Notes: generated by a model from the sequence alone, not told the origin. DNA of 64,000 bases from Alphaproteobacteria bacterium (GCA_965214705.1 CBDCCI010000002.1:2912001-2976000); one strand, 5' to 3'. Numbered from the stretch's first letter, positions 32,516 to 45,598 are shown. Made by a program: numbers and translations.

Positions 32516-33340
32516 CTAGTGCGACATCAGCACCGGCACCGTCATCTCCCGCAGGATGTCACGCGTCGCGCCGCCCAGCAGCAGCTCCCGCAGTCGGCGG
32601 TGACCATAGGCGCCCATGACGAGGAGCTCTGCGCCGACATCGCTGACCGCAGACAGCAGGAGACCGCCGGCATCGCTTCCTGACGACGCGTCCGTATGCA
32701 TGGTCTCGACACTCACCCCGTGCCGCGCCACATGTGCGCTCACGTCTGTAACCTCTATGCGCTTGCTGTCGCCTTCGTCGATACCGAGAACGATCACCTT
32801 GCTTGCCTGCTTCAGAAACGGCAGAGCATCGGCGAGCGCGCGCCTCGCTTCCCGCGAGTCATTCCAGGCGACCATGACCGTCACCGGATCGACGCCGAAC
32901 GAGCCCGCATAGGGCCAGACCAGCACGGGGCCGCCCGCGCTCAGGACGACGCCATCCGCAAGGCCGGATGTGCTGCGCGAATCGTCTGGGTCTGTCTGAC
33001 CGACGATCGTGATGTCGGCGCAGTGCGCGCTGGTCGTGACGGCCTCGATCGGATCTCCAGCCAGGAGACGCCACTCGGATGGCAACGCCGTCTTTGCCAT
33101 TCTCACGGCGAACGCCCGTTCGGCATCCGCGGCCCATTCGCGCTGCTTCCGGCTCACATCCTCCAGGACGCCCTCCGGAATCTCGAAACTGCCGGCATAT
33201 GTGGGCAAGGATGGGAATGGCAGCACGTACACACCCGTCACTCGTCCCCCGCAACGTTCGGCCAGTCCGATCGCCGCATCCAGGCGTGCCGGCGCCCGCC
33301 TGTCGCGAGACAGGTGCACCAGAATATCCCTGTAGGTCAT
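32516..33340 (-). CDS. Tandem-domain universal stress protein
   Basis: YRDILVHL, AWNDSREARRA, LLVMGAYGHRRLRELLLGGATR, PVLMSH. Confidence 0.93.
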   Translation of the reverse strand: MTYRDILVHLSRDRRAPARLDAAIGLAERCGGRVTGVYVLPFPSLPTYAGSFEIPEGVLEDVSRKQREWAADAERAFAVRMAKTALPSEWRLLAGDPIEAVTTSAHCADITIVGQTDPDDSRSTSGLADGVVLSAGGPVLVWPYAGSFGVDPVTVMVAWNDSREARRALADALPFLKQASKVIVLGIDEGDSKRIEVTDVSAHVARHGVSVETMHTDASSGSDAGGLLLSAVSDVGAELLVMGAYGHRRLRELLLGGATRDILREMTVPVLMSH

Positions 33341-33574
33341 GGTTGTTTCCTCCCGCGTTGAGCCATGCGCCCCAAACGTTTCATGTCTAAGAGGAGTCCT
33401 CTCGGTCATCGGGCAAGGAAGGGGGTATGGGATAGATCGGGTCTCCCATGGGAACCGCCGGTTACCGTGATCTTCTTCCAGCTTACCCGCCTGCCAGTCT
33501 CCGACTCGATCTTGCAAGCGAGACGGCGGAGCTTGTCTCGGGGATAATCCGTGTTTCGCACGCTACCGGCTTGG

Positions 33575-34960
33575 TCAAGGAGGCTCTTGCCCGCCGCCTC
33601 CCTCTCGATGCGCGGTATCGGCGTACTGTTCACGAGCGACCCAACGGTCCAACAGGATGGTCGCGACGAGATCCCCGCTGACGTTGATCACCGTACGGCT
33701 CATGTCGAGGATGCGATCCACGCCTATGATCAGCGCGATCCCGGCCGGAGGAATGCCCACGGAACCCAGCACCGTGGCCAGGATGACGATGCCGACACCC
33801 GGCGTCGCCGGCGTGCCGATGGAGGCGCCCACCGCGGTGACCACGATCAGGGCCATGCCGCCGAGGCCGATATCGATGCCGTAGACCTGCGCCAGAAACA
33901 GCGCCGCGATGCCCTGATAGAGCGCAGTGCCGTCCATGTTGATCGTGGCCCCCAGAGGGATCACGAACTGCGAGATCGACGGCCGGACACTCAACTTCTC
34001 CTCGGCCGTCCTGATCGACAGTGGCATGACTGCAGCCGAGCTCGACGTGGAGAACGCCAGCAGCAGGAGCTCGCGCGCCTTGCCGAGATAGCGTCCCGGC
34101 GTGATGCCGCTGCCGACGTAGAGGACGGACAGGCTCACGACCATCAGAATCAGAAGCCCGGCCAGGACGGTGCCCACGTAGACCGCCATGCCGATGATGG
34201 CGTCGAAGCCGATTCTGGTCGTGAGCTGCGCGAGCAGGCCGAAGACGGCGAAGGGCGCAATCCGCATCGCCCAGCGCACGACAGTCATGCAGACTTCCTG
34301 CAGCGAGCCCAGCAAGTCCAGCAGGGGCTTGGCCTGTTGGGGCGCCATCATCACCAGCGCAGCCCCGACCACGATGGAGAAGATCACCACCTGAAGCATG
34401 TTGCTTTCGACCGCGGCCACCAGCGGATTTGCCGGCAGCAGCGCGAGAAGCGCCTGCGGTATATCGGCGATTCGCGGCAACGCCTCGGTATTCGCCCCCT
34501 GGGATGCCGACGCGCGCAGGGTCTGGACGGCTTCGCCCTCGACAAAGCGGCCCGGCTCGATCAGGTCCGCCAGGATCAACCCGATGGCGATCGCGAATGC
34601 GGTGGTCAATACGAAGAGGCCCACCACGCGCAGGCCGACCTTGCGGAGCTGCGCGACGGTCCCCGAAGAGGCGATGCCGCGGATGATGGAGCTGAAGATC
34701 AGGGGAATGACGATCATCTGGATGAGCACCAGGAAGAGTTTTCCAGGGAGGGCCAGCCAGTTGGCGACCGTCGTGGCCGTCTCGGCATCGATCCAGTCGA
34801 CGGAGGGACCCAGCATGATCCCGGTGCCGATGCCGAGAACCATGCCGATCAGAACCTGCAGCCACAGGCGGCCGCGCAGCAGCGAACGGAGGCGTTCGAA
34901 GAACGATGCAGTCGGGCGGGGATGCCGCCCCAGGTCAGAATGAGGTCCGGCGTCAGTCAC
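33575..34960 (-). CDS. Dicarboxylate/amino acid:cation symporter (DAACS)
   Basis: AFSTSSSAA, PLGATINMDGTALY, VDRILDMSRT; start approximate (GTG 34960). Confidence 0.92.
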   Translation of the reverse strand: MTDAGPHSDLGRHPRPTASFFERLRSLLRGRLWLQVLIGMVLGIGTGIMLGPSVDWIDAETATTVANWLALPGKLFLVLIQMIVIPLIFSSIIRGIASSGTVAQLRKVGLRVVGLFVLTTAFAIAIGLILADLIEPGRFVEGEAVQTLRASASQGANTEALPRIADIPQALLALLPANPLVAAVESNMLQVVIFSIVVGAALVMMAPQQAKPLLDLLGSLQEVCMTVVRWAMRIAPFAVFGLLAQLTTRIGFDAIIGMAVYVGTVLAGLLILMVVSLSVLYVGSGITPGRYLGKARELLLLAFSTSSSAAVMPLSIRTAEEKLSVRPSISQFVIPLGATINMDGTALYQGIAALFLAQVYGIDIGLGGMALIVVTAVGASIGTPATPGVGIVILATVLGSVGIPPAGIALIIGVDRILDMSRTVINVSGDLVATILLDRWVAREQYADTAHREGGGGQEPP

Positions 34961-35142
34961 GAGGAGGCGCGTCTCGAACGGTCGGGCAGCACGGCCTGTA
35001 CGACATCGATGACTGAGCCCTCGTGCAGATCGTCTCCGTTGTCGCCGGAGGAGTGCAGAGTCGACGAGCCATTTCTCCGTCGGCCGATCTTCGCTGCCGG
35101 CATCCCGCTCTTTGCTCGGAACCGCCCCGCCTTCGACATTCG

Positions 35143-37530
35143 CTATTCCCCGATCGCCGGCCGGGCCGCGCGCCAATAGTCGAACGCCCTGTCCTGGGCG
35201 ATTCGGAGAAACGTGCCTTCGGCATAGCCAGTCTCGGGATCGTACTCGCCCGCCGGCACGCCTGTGAGAAGGGTCAGGGCTTCCTGGATGGTCGCGACGG
35301 CGTGGACGCTGAATTCCCCCGCCACGCAGGCCGCGAAGACGTCTTCCGACAGCATCAGCTCTCCCGCATTTGCCTTCGGGATGATGACGCCCTGGGTTCC
35401 CGTGAGCGCGCCGGCACTGCATACGGCAAAGAAGCCCTCGACCTTCTCCGTCACCGCGCCGATCGGCTGCACATGGCCGAGCTGGTCGATGGCGCCGGTT
35501 ACCGCGAGGTCCTGACGCAGCGGCACGCCCGTGAGAGCGCTCAGGAGACAGCACATCTCGGCGGCGGAGGCGGAATCGCCGTCGATGCCGCCATAGCTTT
35601 GTTCGAAGGCGACCGACGCGGAGAAGGCCAGCGGATGGCGGGTCTTGAGCAAGTGGCGCAGCAGGCCGCCGAGGATGTAGAAGCCCTTGGTATGGATGGC
35701 GCCCGACAGTTCGGCCTCGCGCTCGATATTGACCACGCCGGCGCTGCCGGGTCCCGCGGTCGCGGTGATACGCTGCGGGAAGCCGAAGGTCAGCGCCCCC
35801 GTGCTCACCACCGCGAGCCCGTTGATCTGACCGGTTTCGCTCCCCTTCGTCCGGATGCCGATTGTGCCCTCGGCGATCAATTCTCGAAACCGCCGGGCCG
35901 GCATGACTCCACGCCGCCTGCCTCGCCGGATCGCCTCGACGACGTCGGCCCCTGACACCGTCTTGCGTTTGCTCGCGGCGGCCAGGAAAGCGGCCTCGCG
36001 GGCGATGTCGGCAAGACGGCCGAAGCGTGTCGTAAGTCGGTCGCGCCGCCCGGCTATGCGTGCGCCGCGATCGACCAGAGCGACAACCGCGTCGCGTGTG
36101 AACGGCGGCAGCTTCTCGTCTCGGGCGATCCGCGAGATAACACCGGCGTAGTATCGAACGCCGGTCTCGTCGCGCGGAATGGTGGTCTCGAAGTCCGCCA
36201 GCACCTTGAACAGTTCGCTAAAGTCCGGGTCGGTAACGCTCAGGAGCTCGTAAAGGCCACCATTGCCGATCAGTACCACCTTGACGTTGATCGGGATGGG
36301 GTCCGGCTTGAGAAAGGGCCCGCCAAATGGAGAAGCGAGCTCCGCCGGCACGATCTCGAGCATGCCGGAGCGAAGGCTGCGCAAGAGCATCTTCCAGGCA
36401 CCGGGTTCGACAAGGACGTCGCGCGCCTCGAGGATCAGGAACCCACCGTCGGCCTGCAGAAGCGACCCTCCCTGTATCATCATGTGATCGGTGTGAAACT
36501 TCCCGTCGGCCACGAACGCGCGCTCGATCTCGCCAAGCAGGTTTCTGAGCGTTGGAGTGTTCTCGACAACGATGGGGCAATCCGAATCGACTTCGTTCTC
36601 GACAAGCGGGTTGATCCGGTACTTGCGGATTGCCAGACCGATCTGGTCGAGGGCGCCCAGGTACTGCACCAGGTCACTCGTCACGCCGGCGAGGAATTCG
36701 CGCACCTGCGGAACGTCGAACTCCGTCTCGATCGCGTCGATGTGATAGCTGAGGAAACGTCGGGTCTTCGATTCGAGAAGCGCGCGCAGCTTCTGGCGGT
36801 ATTCCAGCCTGAGCTCCGCAATGTGGTGGTTGATTTCGTCGAACTTGATCGCAAACGCACCGATGCGATCACGAATACCTTGTATCTCATCGGCCTCGAT
36901 CTTGCCTTGTTTCCGGAGCGTCTCCAGCTGCTCGAACGGCACGGGCTCGCCGTCGACGACGGGGAGGATGCCAGGCTGCACGACGCCGCCCGCCGTGCGG
37001 GTGACCAGCACCAGGCCGTTGGCACGAAGCTCCTCCTCGAACGGCTCACTGAGATCACGCATGGCCTGCTGGGCGCTCTGATCGAGCGCCGCACGCTTGG
37101 CGCGCACGGTATCCGAACTGAGGGTTTGTGCGAGCTGGTCCTCGATGATCTCGATCAGTCGATCGACGCTTTGGCGGAAGGCCCGTCCCTGCCCGCGCGG
37201 CAGCGTGATCAGGCGAGGCCGTCCGGGCTTTGTGAAGTTGTGAACGTAGCAGCGGTCGTCTGTGAGGGGACAGCCGGGGCTGACGTCCTCGAGCAATTGG
37301 CGAAGCAGGCTCTTCCGTCCGGTGCCGGCGATACCACGGACATAGACGTTCTGACCCGGCGCGAACACTTTCAGTCCGTAGCGCAGCGCCTCCATTGCGT
37401 CGTCCTGACCGATGATCCCGGTGATGGGCTCAATGTCGTCGGTCGTACGGAATTCGGGGAGTAGCGGATCGCTGCTCCAGCGCAGAGCACCTTCGCCCAG
37501 CCTCTTGTCCTTCCCGACCTCAGCGCTCAC
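35143..37530 (-). CDS. Lon-like (S16) ATP-dependent protease, LonB/LonC-type
   Basis: GIAGTGRKS, GQINGL, FEQSYGGIDGDSAS, GAVTEKVEGF. Confidence 0.9.
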   Translation of the reverse strand: MSAEVGKDKRLGEGALRWSSDPLLPEFRTTDDIEPITGIIGQDDAMEALRYGLKVFAPGQNVYVRGIAGTGRKSLLRQLLEDVSPGCPLTDDRCYVHNFTKPGRPRLITLPRGQGRAFRQSVDRLIEIIEDQLAQTLSSDTVRAKRAALDQSAQQAMRDLSEPFEEELRANGLVLVTRTAGGVVQPGILPVVDGEPVPFEQLETLRKQGKIEADEIQGIRDRIGAFAIKFDEINHHIAELRLEYRQKLRALLESKTRRFLSYHIDAIETEFDVPQVREFLAGVTSDLVQYLGALDQIGLAIRKYRINPLVENEVDSDCPIVVENTPTLRNLLGEIERAFVADGKFHTDHMMIQGGSLLQADGGFLILEARDVLVEPGAWKMLLRSLRSGMLEIVPAELASPFGGPFLKPDPIPINVKVVLIGNGGLYELLSVTDPDFSELFKVLADFETTIPRDETGVRYYAGVISRIARDEKLPPFTRDAVVALVDRGARIAGRRDRLTTRFGRLADIAREAAFLAAASKRKTVSGADVVEAIRRGRRRGVMPARRFRELIAEGTIGIRTKGSETGQINGLAVVSTGALTFGFPQRITATAGPGSAGVVNIEREAELSGAIHTKGFYILGGLLRHLLKTRHPLAFSASVAFEQSYGGIDGDSASAAEMCCLLSALTGVPLRQDLAVTGAIDQLGHVQPIGAVTEKVEGFFAVCSAGALTGTQGVIIPKANAGELMLSEDVFAACVAGEFSVHAVATIQEALTLLTGVPAGEYDPETGYAEGTFLRIAQDRAFDYWRAARPAIGE

Positions 37531-37596
37531 TGCTCGATCCCTCCTCGTTTGACCCGGACTCGGTGATCCCCATCGCCGGTACCGCGCATGTCTCCG

Positions 37597-38418
37597 CTAC
37601 TCGTGCCTGTGCCTCAGGTACACAAGCCAATAGACGAGCGCGACCAGCACCGTGCCGCCGACCATGTTTCCGAGAGTCACGACGACGATGTTTCGCGCCA
37701 GGCCCACGAGCTGGTCGGCGCCGGGCACCGCACCGCCAGCGAACAGGCCGACAGGAATCAGATACATGTTGGCGACGCTATGCTCGAAGCCGAGCGCGAC
37801 GAAGGCGGAGATCGGAAATACGATGGCCAGGATCTTTCCGCTGACCGTATGGGCCGCAAAGCAGAGCCAGACGGCGAGGCAGACCAGGGCGTTGCACAGG
37901 ATGCCGCGGAAGAAGGCCTCGATACCATTCAACTCGATCTTGGCCTGTGCAATGGCTGCAGCAGTCGCCTGAACCTCCCCGCCGCCGGTTTCCAGGATGC
38001 CCGACAGAAGGACCGCGACCGCACTTGCGACCGCGCCGACGGCGTTGCCGACATAGACCAGGAGCCAGTTCCGCAGCAGGCGGCGCGTCGTCACCCGCCG
38101 CTCGGCCCAGGCCATGGCGATCAGGTTGTTGCCCGTAAAGAGCTCGGCACCCCCGATCACGACCAGGATCAGGCCCAGGGAAAAAGCAATCCCGCCGAGA
38201 AGGCGGGTGGGCCCGAGGCCCAGCTCCGAGCCCGTGACGACGACGGTATAGCTCATGCCGCCGAAGGCGATGAACGCACCGGCCAGCACGCCGAGAACCA
38301 GCGTCTGCAAGAACGGAAGGTGCGCCTTGGCGACGCCTGCAGCCTCAACGCGCTTTGCGATCTGCGCCGGAGAGTAGGCGTCGATATCGAAGGGATGGGG
38401 CGAGCGGTTATCGTTCAT
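37597..38418 (-). CDS. Formate/nitrite transporter
   Basis: GAELFTGNN, GILCNALVCLAVW, GFEHSVANM, GNMVGG. Confidence 0.93.
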   Translation of the reverse strand: MNDNRSPHPFDIDAYSPAQIAKRVEAAGVAKAHLPFLQTLVLGVLAGAFIAFGGMSYTVVVTGSELGLGPTRLLGGIAFSLGLILVVIGGAELFTGNNLIAMAWAERRVTTRRLLRNWLLVYVGNAVGAVASAVAVLLSGILETGGGEVQATAAAIAQAKIELNGIEAFFRGILCNALVCLAVWLCFAAHTVSGKILAIVFPISAFVALGFEHSVANMYLIPVGLFAGGAVPGADQLVGLARNIVVVTLGNMVGGTVLVALVYWLVYLRHRHE

Positions 38419-38585
38419 CGGGGTCCGCCTGACTCAGCTATTCGCCCGTTCAGATCGCGAGAGCCTTCGAGGACGCGCCTCGCGTGGAAACGGCCTGCCC
38501 TGGGGTACGAAAATGTGCGCCGCGGGCAACGCGCGCCGCCGCGCGACTCACATATCCCGTGGCTGCGGCCGAATGGCGACACCGG

Positions 38586-40454
<1,869 letters not shown>

Positions 40455-40611
40455 CCCTATGTCGCGTGTCGGCGCTCATGCCGGCCCGGACGGACCGTTG
40501 GCCACGCCGTCGTCCTCTCCGTCCTAGTCCCCAAGATGGCCGCGAGGGGAAAGGGCAGGGACGGATCCAAGTGGCCTTCCTGCATGGCTCATGTGCGTCC
40601 GTCCGGCAGCC

Positions 40612-41448
40612 TCAATGCGCGAGCAGAACCGGCACGGTGGTGAAGCGCAGGACGTCGCGGGTCGTCCCGCCGAGGACCGTCTCGCGCAAGCGAGAGCGGC
40701 CGTAGGCGCCCATCACGATCAGGTCGGCGCTGCGATTGGCAGCCCTGTTCAGGATTGTGTAGTCGACCGAAGTGCGGGACGTCGTGTCGTCGGTCTCGAC
40801 CGAGACGCCGTGTCCGGCGAGATGGGCCGCGAGGCCGGCGACCGGCGGGAGCTCCCGTCCCTCTTCTTCGATGCGGAGCGCGACGACCCTTTCGGCCCGA
40901 CCCAGGATCGGCAGCGCGTCGCCAACCGCTCGCGCCGCCTCCCGGCTGCCGTTCCAGCAAACCAGCACGCAGCGGCCGACGGTGTCGATCCGAGCGTCGG
41001 CAGGTATGGCGAGAACCGGCCGGCCTGCCGCCAGCGCAATCTGTGCCGGAAGGTCGACGGCAGCGCGTTCCGGCCGGGCATCCGGCCCCACCGGGCCCAC
41101 CACGGTAATGTCGGCGTTGCGGGCGTGATGCGCGACGGTGGCCTCGATGGCGCCGAAGGCGAATTGCCATTCGGGCTTTGAGGTCCAATCGCGCAAGTAC
41201 GTCTCGAAGGCGCGCCGAACATTGTCCGCCCGCTCGAGCGCGGCCGCGTTGTAGCGTTGCCGCATCTCGATCAAGGGCTCGTATGCGTTCCGGAGGCCGA
41301 AGCCGAGACCCGGCGGAAGGTTGGGAACCACGTGCAGGCCGATCAGCCGTGCATCGTTGCCGGTCGCAAGAGCCTTCCCGGCGTCGATCCGCGAAAGATC
41401 GCTCTCCCCGCCGTCCAGATAGACGACGATCGTTCGGTAGCCGGTCAT
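40612..41448 (-). CDS. Tandem-domain universal stress protein
   Basis: CWNGSREAARA, LIVMGAYGRSRLRETVLGGTTR, PVLLAH. Confidence 0.92.
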   Translation of the reverse strand: MTGYRTIVVYLDGGESDLSRIDAGKALATGNDARLIGLHVVPNLPPGLGFGLRNAYEPLIEMRQRYNAAALERADNVRRAFETYLRDWTSKPEWQFAFGAIEATVAHHARNADITVVGPVGPDARPERAAVDLPAQIALAAGRPVLAIPADARIDTVGRCVLVCWNGSREAARAVGDALPILGRAERVVALRIEEEGRELPPVAGLAAHLAGHGVSVETDDTTSRTSVDYTILNRAANRSADLIVMGAYGRSRLRETVLGGTTRDVLRFTTVPVLLAH

Positions 41449-41467
41449 GGTCGCATGGCTCCGCGGC

Positions 41468-41806
41468 TCAGCGCGCTTCGTCGCCATCGGCCACGCTGGC
41501 ACACTCGATGCAGCGGCTGGCGTAGGGCAGCGCGTCCAGTCTCCGCCTTCCGATGGGCCCACCGCAGACTTGGCACGTGCCGTAGGTTCCGCGCTCGATT
41601 CTCCCGAGGGCGGAGCCGATCTGCTCGATTTCCCGAAGCGCCGAGACCTCGAGCTCCTCGAGAACTTCGTCGTCCTCCTTCTCCTGGGCCATGTCTTCGA
41701 CATCGGCGCTGGAGGCCACGCGCAGGTCGCGCTGGTAGTTCGACAGCAAGCGGCGCAGATCGTCTCTTCGTCGCTCGAGCCGGTTGCGATCCGTCGTTAC
41801 CGACAT
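41468..41806 (-). CDS. TraR/DksA C4-type zinc finger protein
   Basis: GTYGTCQVCGGPIGRRRLDALPYASRCIEC. Confidence 0.92.
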   Translation of the reverse strand: MSVTTDRNRLERRRDDLRRLLSNYQRDLRVASSADVEDMAQEKEDDEVLEELEVSALREIEQIGSALGRIERGTYGTCQVCGGPIGRRRLDALPYASRCIECASVADGDEAR

Positions 41807-43467
41807 TGCGCCGTCCCCGAGGCTCCTTCACCGTGGCGCACCGTCCTGCCGCCAGCACAGGACGACCCCGAAGCCGCCTGTTTTCTGCCTTCACGGTTGG
41901 CGCTATCGATCCGGTTCGGGTTCGCCGTCGCGGCCTCCGCGGTCAGCGCGCAAAGCTGTTCCGCGACGGCTGCGGGCTCGGCGAGCGAGACGATGCGGCG
42001 CCACGACATCTCGCCGATGGAATAGCGCTCCTGTCGTTCCACCACGTAGGTCGTCGCATCCGACACGTCGCGGCCGCGCTCGGCGACGCGCCTCCTGAGA
42101 ACCTGCCCCGGCGCTTCGAGCCAGAACCCGGCGAAGGACACGCCTGCATCCTCCGCCACCTCCTCGATCGCCCGGCGCTCCCCGGGGCGCGCGTGCACCG
42201 CATCGACGATGACGCTGGTCCCCGCCACCAGCGCGGTGCGGGCGCGGTCCCGCAGCAGCGCATAGGTTCGCTCACCCGCCGCCGGGGAATACGCACGAGC
42301 GGGCAGCTGGGCCTCCGGATCCGAGTCGAAGAGCCGCTTTCGCACCACGTCGCTCTGCAGCACGAGCGCACCCGGGACGCCGCCAATTCTCGGCGCCATC
42401 AACCTGGCGATCGTCGACTTGCCGCTCCCGGAGAGGCCACCGACGGCGATCAGGCGAGGCGGCGGCGGCGCAATGCAGGTGCCTGCGAGCCCGAAATAGG
42501 CACGTGCGTCTTCGCCCGACGTGTTGTCGGTACCGGTCGACTGAGACCCGCTGGCACGCGTGGCGGCTGCGACATGGGCGCGAATTGCCGCACGGCTCGA
42601 CATGAACAGCGACAACGCCCCGAGGCCATCGATATCGTCGCGCCGCCACAGGTATCGGTTGAGCAGCCGGTTGGCCTCTGCCTCCAGTCCACGGTGCCAG
42701 AGATCCATGAGCAGAAACGCCAGGTCGTAGAAGACGTCGATGCAGGCGAAGCTCTCGCAGAACTCGATCGCATCGAAGAGGGTCGGTTTGCCGTCGACCA
42801 GGCAGACGTTGCGCAGGTGCAGGTCGCCGTGGCAGCGGCGCACGAGACCGTTCCGGCGTCGACGCTCGAGCCGCGAAGACTGGGCCGCCAAGCCCGCGTC
42901 GGCTGCGACCGCGAGATCGGCTACTTCCGCCTGGGCGAAGAGATCGGGATAGCGCGACAGCTCCACAGCGTTCTCCGCGAGCACCCTCGCGATACCTGCG
43001 CGGCCGCCGTACGCCGGCGTGGGCTCGGCATGGTTGTGAAAGCGCGCAACGGCATCGGTCAGCCCGTCCACCAGCCCGGCGGTGAGTTCATGGCGCCGGG
43101 CAAGTTCGTCCAGGACCAGGTTCTCGTCGAACCTGGCCATGCATACGACCCAATCCAGAACTTCGCCCGGCCCGTCCCAGGCCACCTCCCCGTCGGGGCG
43201 GCGCACGATCGCTCTCGCACACCGGTAGATCGACGGCGCGGTGCGGCGGTTGACGCGAATTTCCGCTTCGCACGCGGCGCGGCGCCGCGCCACGGTGGAA
43301 TAGTCCATGTAATCGAAACGGACTGCGCGCTTGAGCTTGATCGCGCTCTCTCCCGACAGGAACACCACCGCCCCGTGAGTCTCGATCCGGCGCACGGCGG
43401 CAGTGCTGCCATGCGCCGCGGGGGTGGACAGGAAGTCAATGACGTCGCTCTGGTCGTCCACGATCAT
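41797..43467 (-). CDS. Bifunctional aminoglycoside phosphotransferase-like / AAA kinase (Rv2004c-like)
   Basis: IETHGA, KLKRAVRFDYMDYST, CHGDLHLRN, FDAIEF, GGLSGSGKST; start set at ATG 43467. Confidence 0.9.
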   Translation of the reverse strand: MIVDDQSDVIDFLSTPAAHGSTAAVRRIETHGAVVFLSGESAIKLKRAVRFDYMDYSTVARRRAACEAEIRVNRRTAPSIYRCARAIVRRPDGEVAWDGPGEVLDWVVCMARFDENLVLDELARRHELTAGLVDGLTDAVARFHNHAEPTPAYGGRAGIARVLAENAVELSRYPDLFAQAEVADLAVAADAGLAAQSSRLERRRRNGLVRRCHGDLHLRNVCLVDGKPTLFDAIEFCESFACIDVFYDLAFLLMDLWHRGLEAEANRLLNRYLWRRDDIDGLGALSLFMSSRAAIRAHVAAATRASGSQSTGTDNTSGEDARAYFGLAGTCIAPPPPRLIAVGGLSGSGKSTIARLMAPRIGGVPGALVLQSDVVRKRLFDSDPEAQLPARAYSPAAGERTYALLRDRARTALVAGTSVIVDAVHARPGERRAIEEVAEDAGVSFAGFWLEAPGQVLRRRVAERGRDVSDATTYVVERQERYSIGEMSWRRIVSLAEPAAVAEQLCALTAEAATANPNRIDSANREGRKQAASGSSCAGGRTVRHGEGASGTAQCR

Positions 43468-43598
43468 GACGATCGAGCGACCCGTTCGCTCGCCTTCACG
43501 GCGGCAACCCGCACGTTCTCGCGATGATCCGCCGCGTTGGAGCGCCGCCCCTGGCGCCACGCCGCGATGCCGCCCACCGCGATGACGATACGCACGAT

Positions 43599-44600
43599 TC
43601 AGCCCCCGATCGTCGCCACGAGGAGCGCCTTGACGGTATGCATCCGGTTTTCCGTCTGTTCGAATTGAATCCCTGCGGCCGACTCGAACACCTCCTCGGT
43701 GACCTCCATCTCGGCAACGCCGAACTTCCTGTAGATTTCCTCGCTCACCCTGCTCCCGCGGCCGTGGAAGGCGGGCAGGCAGTGCATGAATCTTGTGGAG
43801 GGGACGCGGGTAGCCTCCATCAGCTCGCGGTTGACCTGATAGGGCTTGAGCAGCCTGATCCGCTGCTCCCAGCGCTCGCGCGGCTCGCCCATCGAGACCC
43901 ACACGTGGGTGTGCACGAAGTCGCATCTCCGCACCGCCTCGAGCGGGTTCTCGGTGACGGTCAGCCGCGCGCCGTGGGCCGACGCGAGCGCGCGTGCCGT
44001 GTCCTCGAACTCCCGGCTCGGCCAGCAGGCGCGGGGGGCGGCGATTCGAACATCCATCCCCATCAGGCACCCCGCGATCATCAGCGAGTGGCCTACGTCG
44101 CCGCGCGCATCGCCGACGAAGGCGTAAGCGATCTCCGACAGCGGCTTGTCGTCGTGCTCCTGCATGGTGAACAGGGCTGCCAGCGTCTGCGTCGGATGAA
44201 ACTCGTCCGTCAGGCCGTTGAAGACCGGGACGCCGGCGAATGCGGCAAGCTCCTCGACCTCCTCCTGGGCGAAGCCGCGGAATTCTATGGCGTCGCACAT
44301 GCGGCCCAGCACCCTTGCGGTATCCTTCATCGACTCCCTCAAGCCGCTCTGCGAGCCTGCAGGGCCGAGAGCAGTGACCCCGGCCCCCTGATCCATGGCG
44401 GCGACCTCCAGGGCGCACCTGGTGCGGGTCGACGGCTTCTGGAAAACCAGACAGATGTTCTTGCCCTTGAGCCGCCTCTGCTCCCTTCCGCCGTACTTCT
44501 CCCGCTTCAGGGCGTGCGACAGGTCGAGCAGAAAGCGAATCTCCTCCTGATCGAAGTCGAGAAGTTTCAGGAAGCAACGTCCTCTGAGATCGACGGCCAC
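43599..44600 (-). CDS. argF: Ornithine carbamoyltransferase-family protein with atypical active-site residues
   Basis: [24 protein letters not shown]; GTG start after GAGGAG. Confidence 0.85.
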   Translation of the reverse strand: MAVDLRGRCFLKLLDFDQEEIRFLLDLSHALKREKYGGREQRRLKGKNICLVFQKPSTRTRCALEVAAMDQGAGVTALGPAGSQSGLRESMKDTARVLGRMCDAIEFRGFAQEEVEELAAFAGVPVFNGLTDEFHPTQTLAALFTMQEHDDKPLSEIAYAFVGDARGDVGHSLMIAGCLMGMDVRIAAPRACWPSREFEDTARALASAHGARLTVTENPLEAVRRCDFVHTHVWVSMGEPRERWEQRIRLLKPYQVNRELMEATRVPSTRFMHCLPAFHGRGSRVSEEIYRKFGVAEMEVTEEVFESAAGIQFEQTENRMHTVKALLVATIGG

Positions 44601-44910
44601 TCTGGGAGCCTCCTCACTTTCCGGGGCGGACGGATCCGGGTCGTCCCCATAGCCGGTCCTCGCATCGCAGTCCTCGAGCATGACGGGTGCGTACACGGCG
44701 CCGCGGCAGCTCGGTCCAGCAGGGGGGCGAGGCTTGCCGGACGGTGACCGATCGCCAGCCGCCGGCCTCGACTGCAGAGCCTCCGGGAGCCACCGCGTCT
44801 TCGTGCTTGCGCCGAGGGCGGCTGCTCCCGGAGCGTCTCCCGTCGCGCGAGCGTCCGCTCGGACCGCGAGGGGGAATCGCGGAGAGCCTGGAACCAATGG
44901 GCGCGGGCCC

Positions 44911-45417
44911 CTACGCCGCCTTCTTCACCTCGATCTTCCTGGTCGCCGTTCGGGCCGCCTCCGTCTTGGCGATGGCGATCTTCAGGACGCCCTTGTCGAA
45001 GCTGGCCGACACCTTGTCAGCATCGATCTCCGGCGGCAGCTGGAACGAGCGCCGAAAGGAGCCGTAGCTGCGCTCAAGGCGATAATGGCTGCGGTCCTTG
45101 TCCTCTTCCTTCGTCTCCGACTTCTTCTCGCCCTTGATCGTGAGCACGCCGTCGGTGAGGCTGACTTCCACGTCCTCTTCGTCCAGGCCGGGCAGCTCCG
45201 CCGTCACCTCGAGCCGCCCGTCGGTCTCGGTCACGTCCATGCTGGGCGAGAATCCCCCGTCCCACTGGAAGTGCGCGAGACGCGGGAAGTCGGCACCGAA
45301 GAAGTCGGAGAACAGGCGATCGATCCCCTGATGCAGGGGCATCAGCAATTCGTCCGACGACTTGGGCACAGCATGCTTCCCTTGCGTGCGCCAGGGAAAC
45401 AGTTCTTGCATCGACAT
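44911..45417 (-). CDS. Hsp20/alpha-crystallin
   Basis: [31 protein letters not shown]. Confidence 0.95.
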   Translation of the reverse strand: MSMQELFPWRTQGKHAVPKSSDELLMPLHQGIDRLFSDFFGADFPRLAHFQWDGGFSPSMDVTETDGRLEVTAELPGLDEEDVEVSLTDGVLTIKGEKKSETKEEDKDRSHYRLERSYGSFRRSFQLPPEIDADKVSASFDKGVLKIAIAKTEAARTATRKIEVKKAA

Positions 45418-45560
45418 GTTCGCTTCTCCTCTCGTTTTGGCTTCGCGGTCCGATCCGGTGCTGCATCCAGAATTGTGCATCCCCGGGTTCGGGGGCACTC
45501 ATCGACACCGCGATCGCCGCGACCGTGACCCGTCTTCTATTTCGCGGTCTCGGGTGGCGG

Positions 45561-45597
45561 CAATTCGGGATTCGTACCTAAGTGGAATCGCGTAACG
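45561..45597. promoter_or_regulatory. 37-bp conserved motif, copy 1 (candidate FixJ site)
   Basis: CAATTCGGGATTCGTACCTAAGTGGAATCGCGTAACG upstream of the hsp20 operon. Confidence 0.7.
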
Positions 45598-45598
45598 T

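Noticed and set aside
33575-35554. Long N-terminal extensions in the ORF track (DAACS 659 aa, APH-AAA 926 aa, USP 363 aa, reductase 605 aa, GST 361 aa)
   Set aside because: They overlap upstream genes and are low-complexity; downstream starts fit family lengths, so these are not fusions
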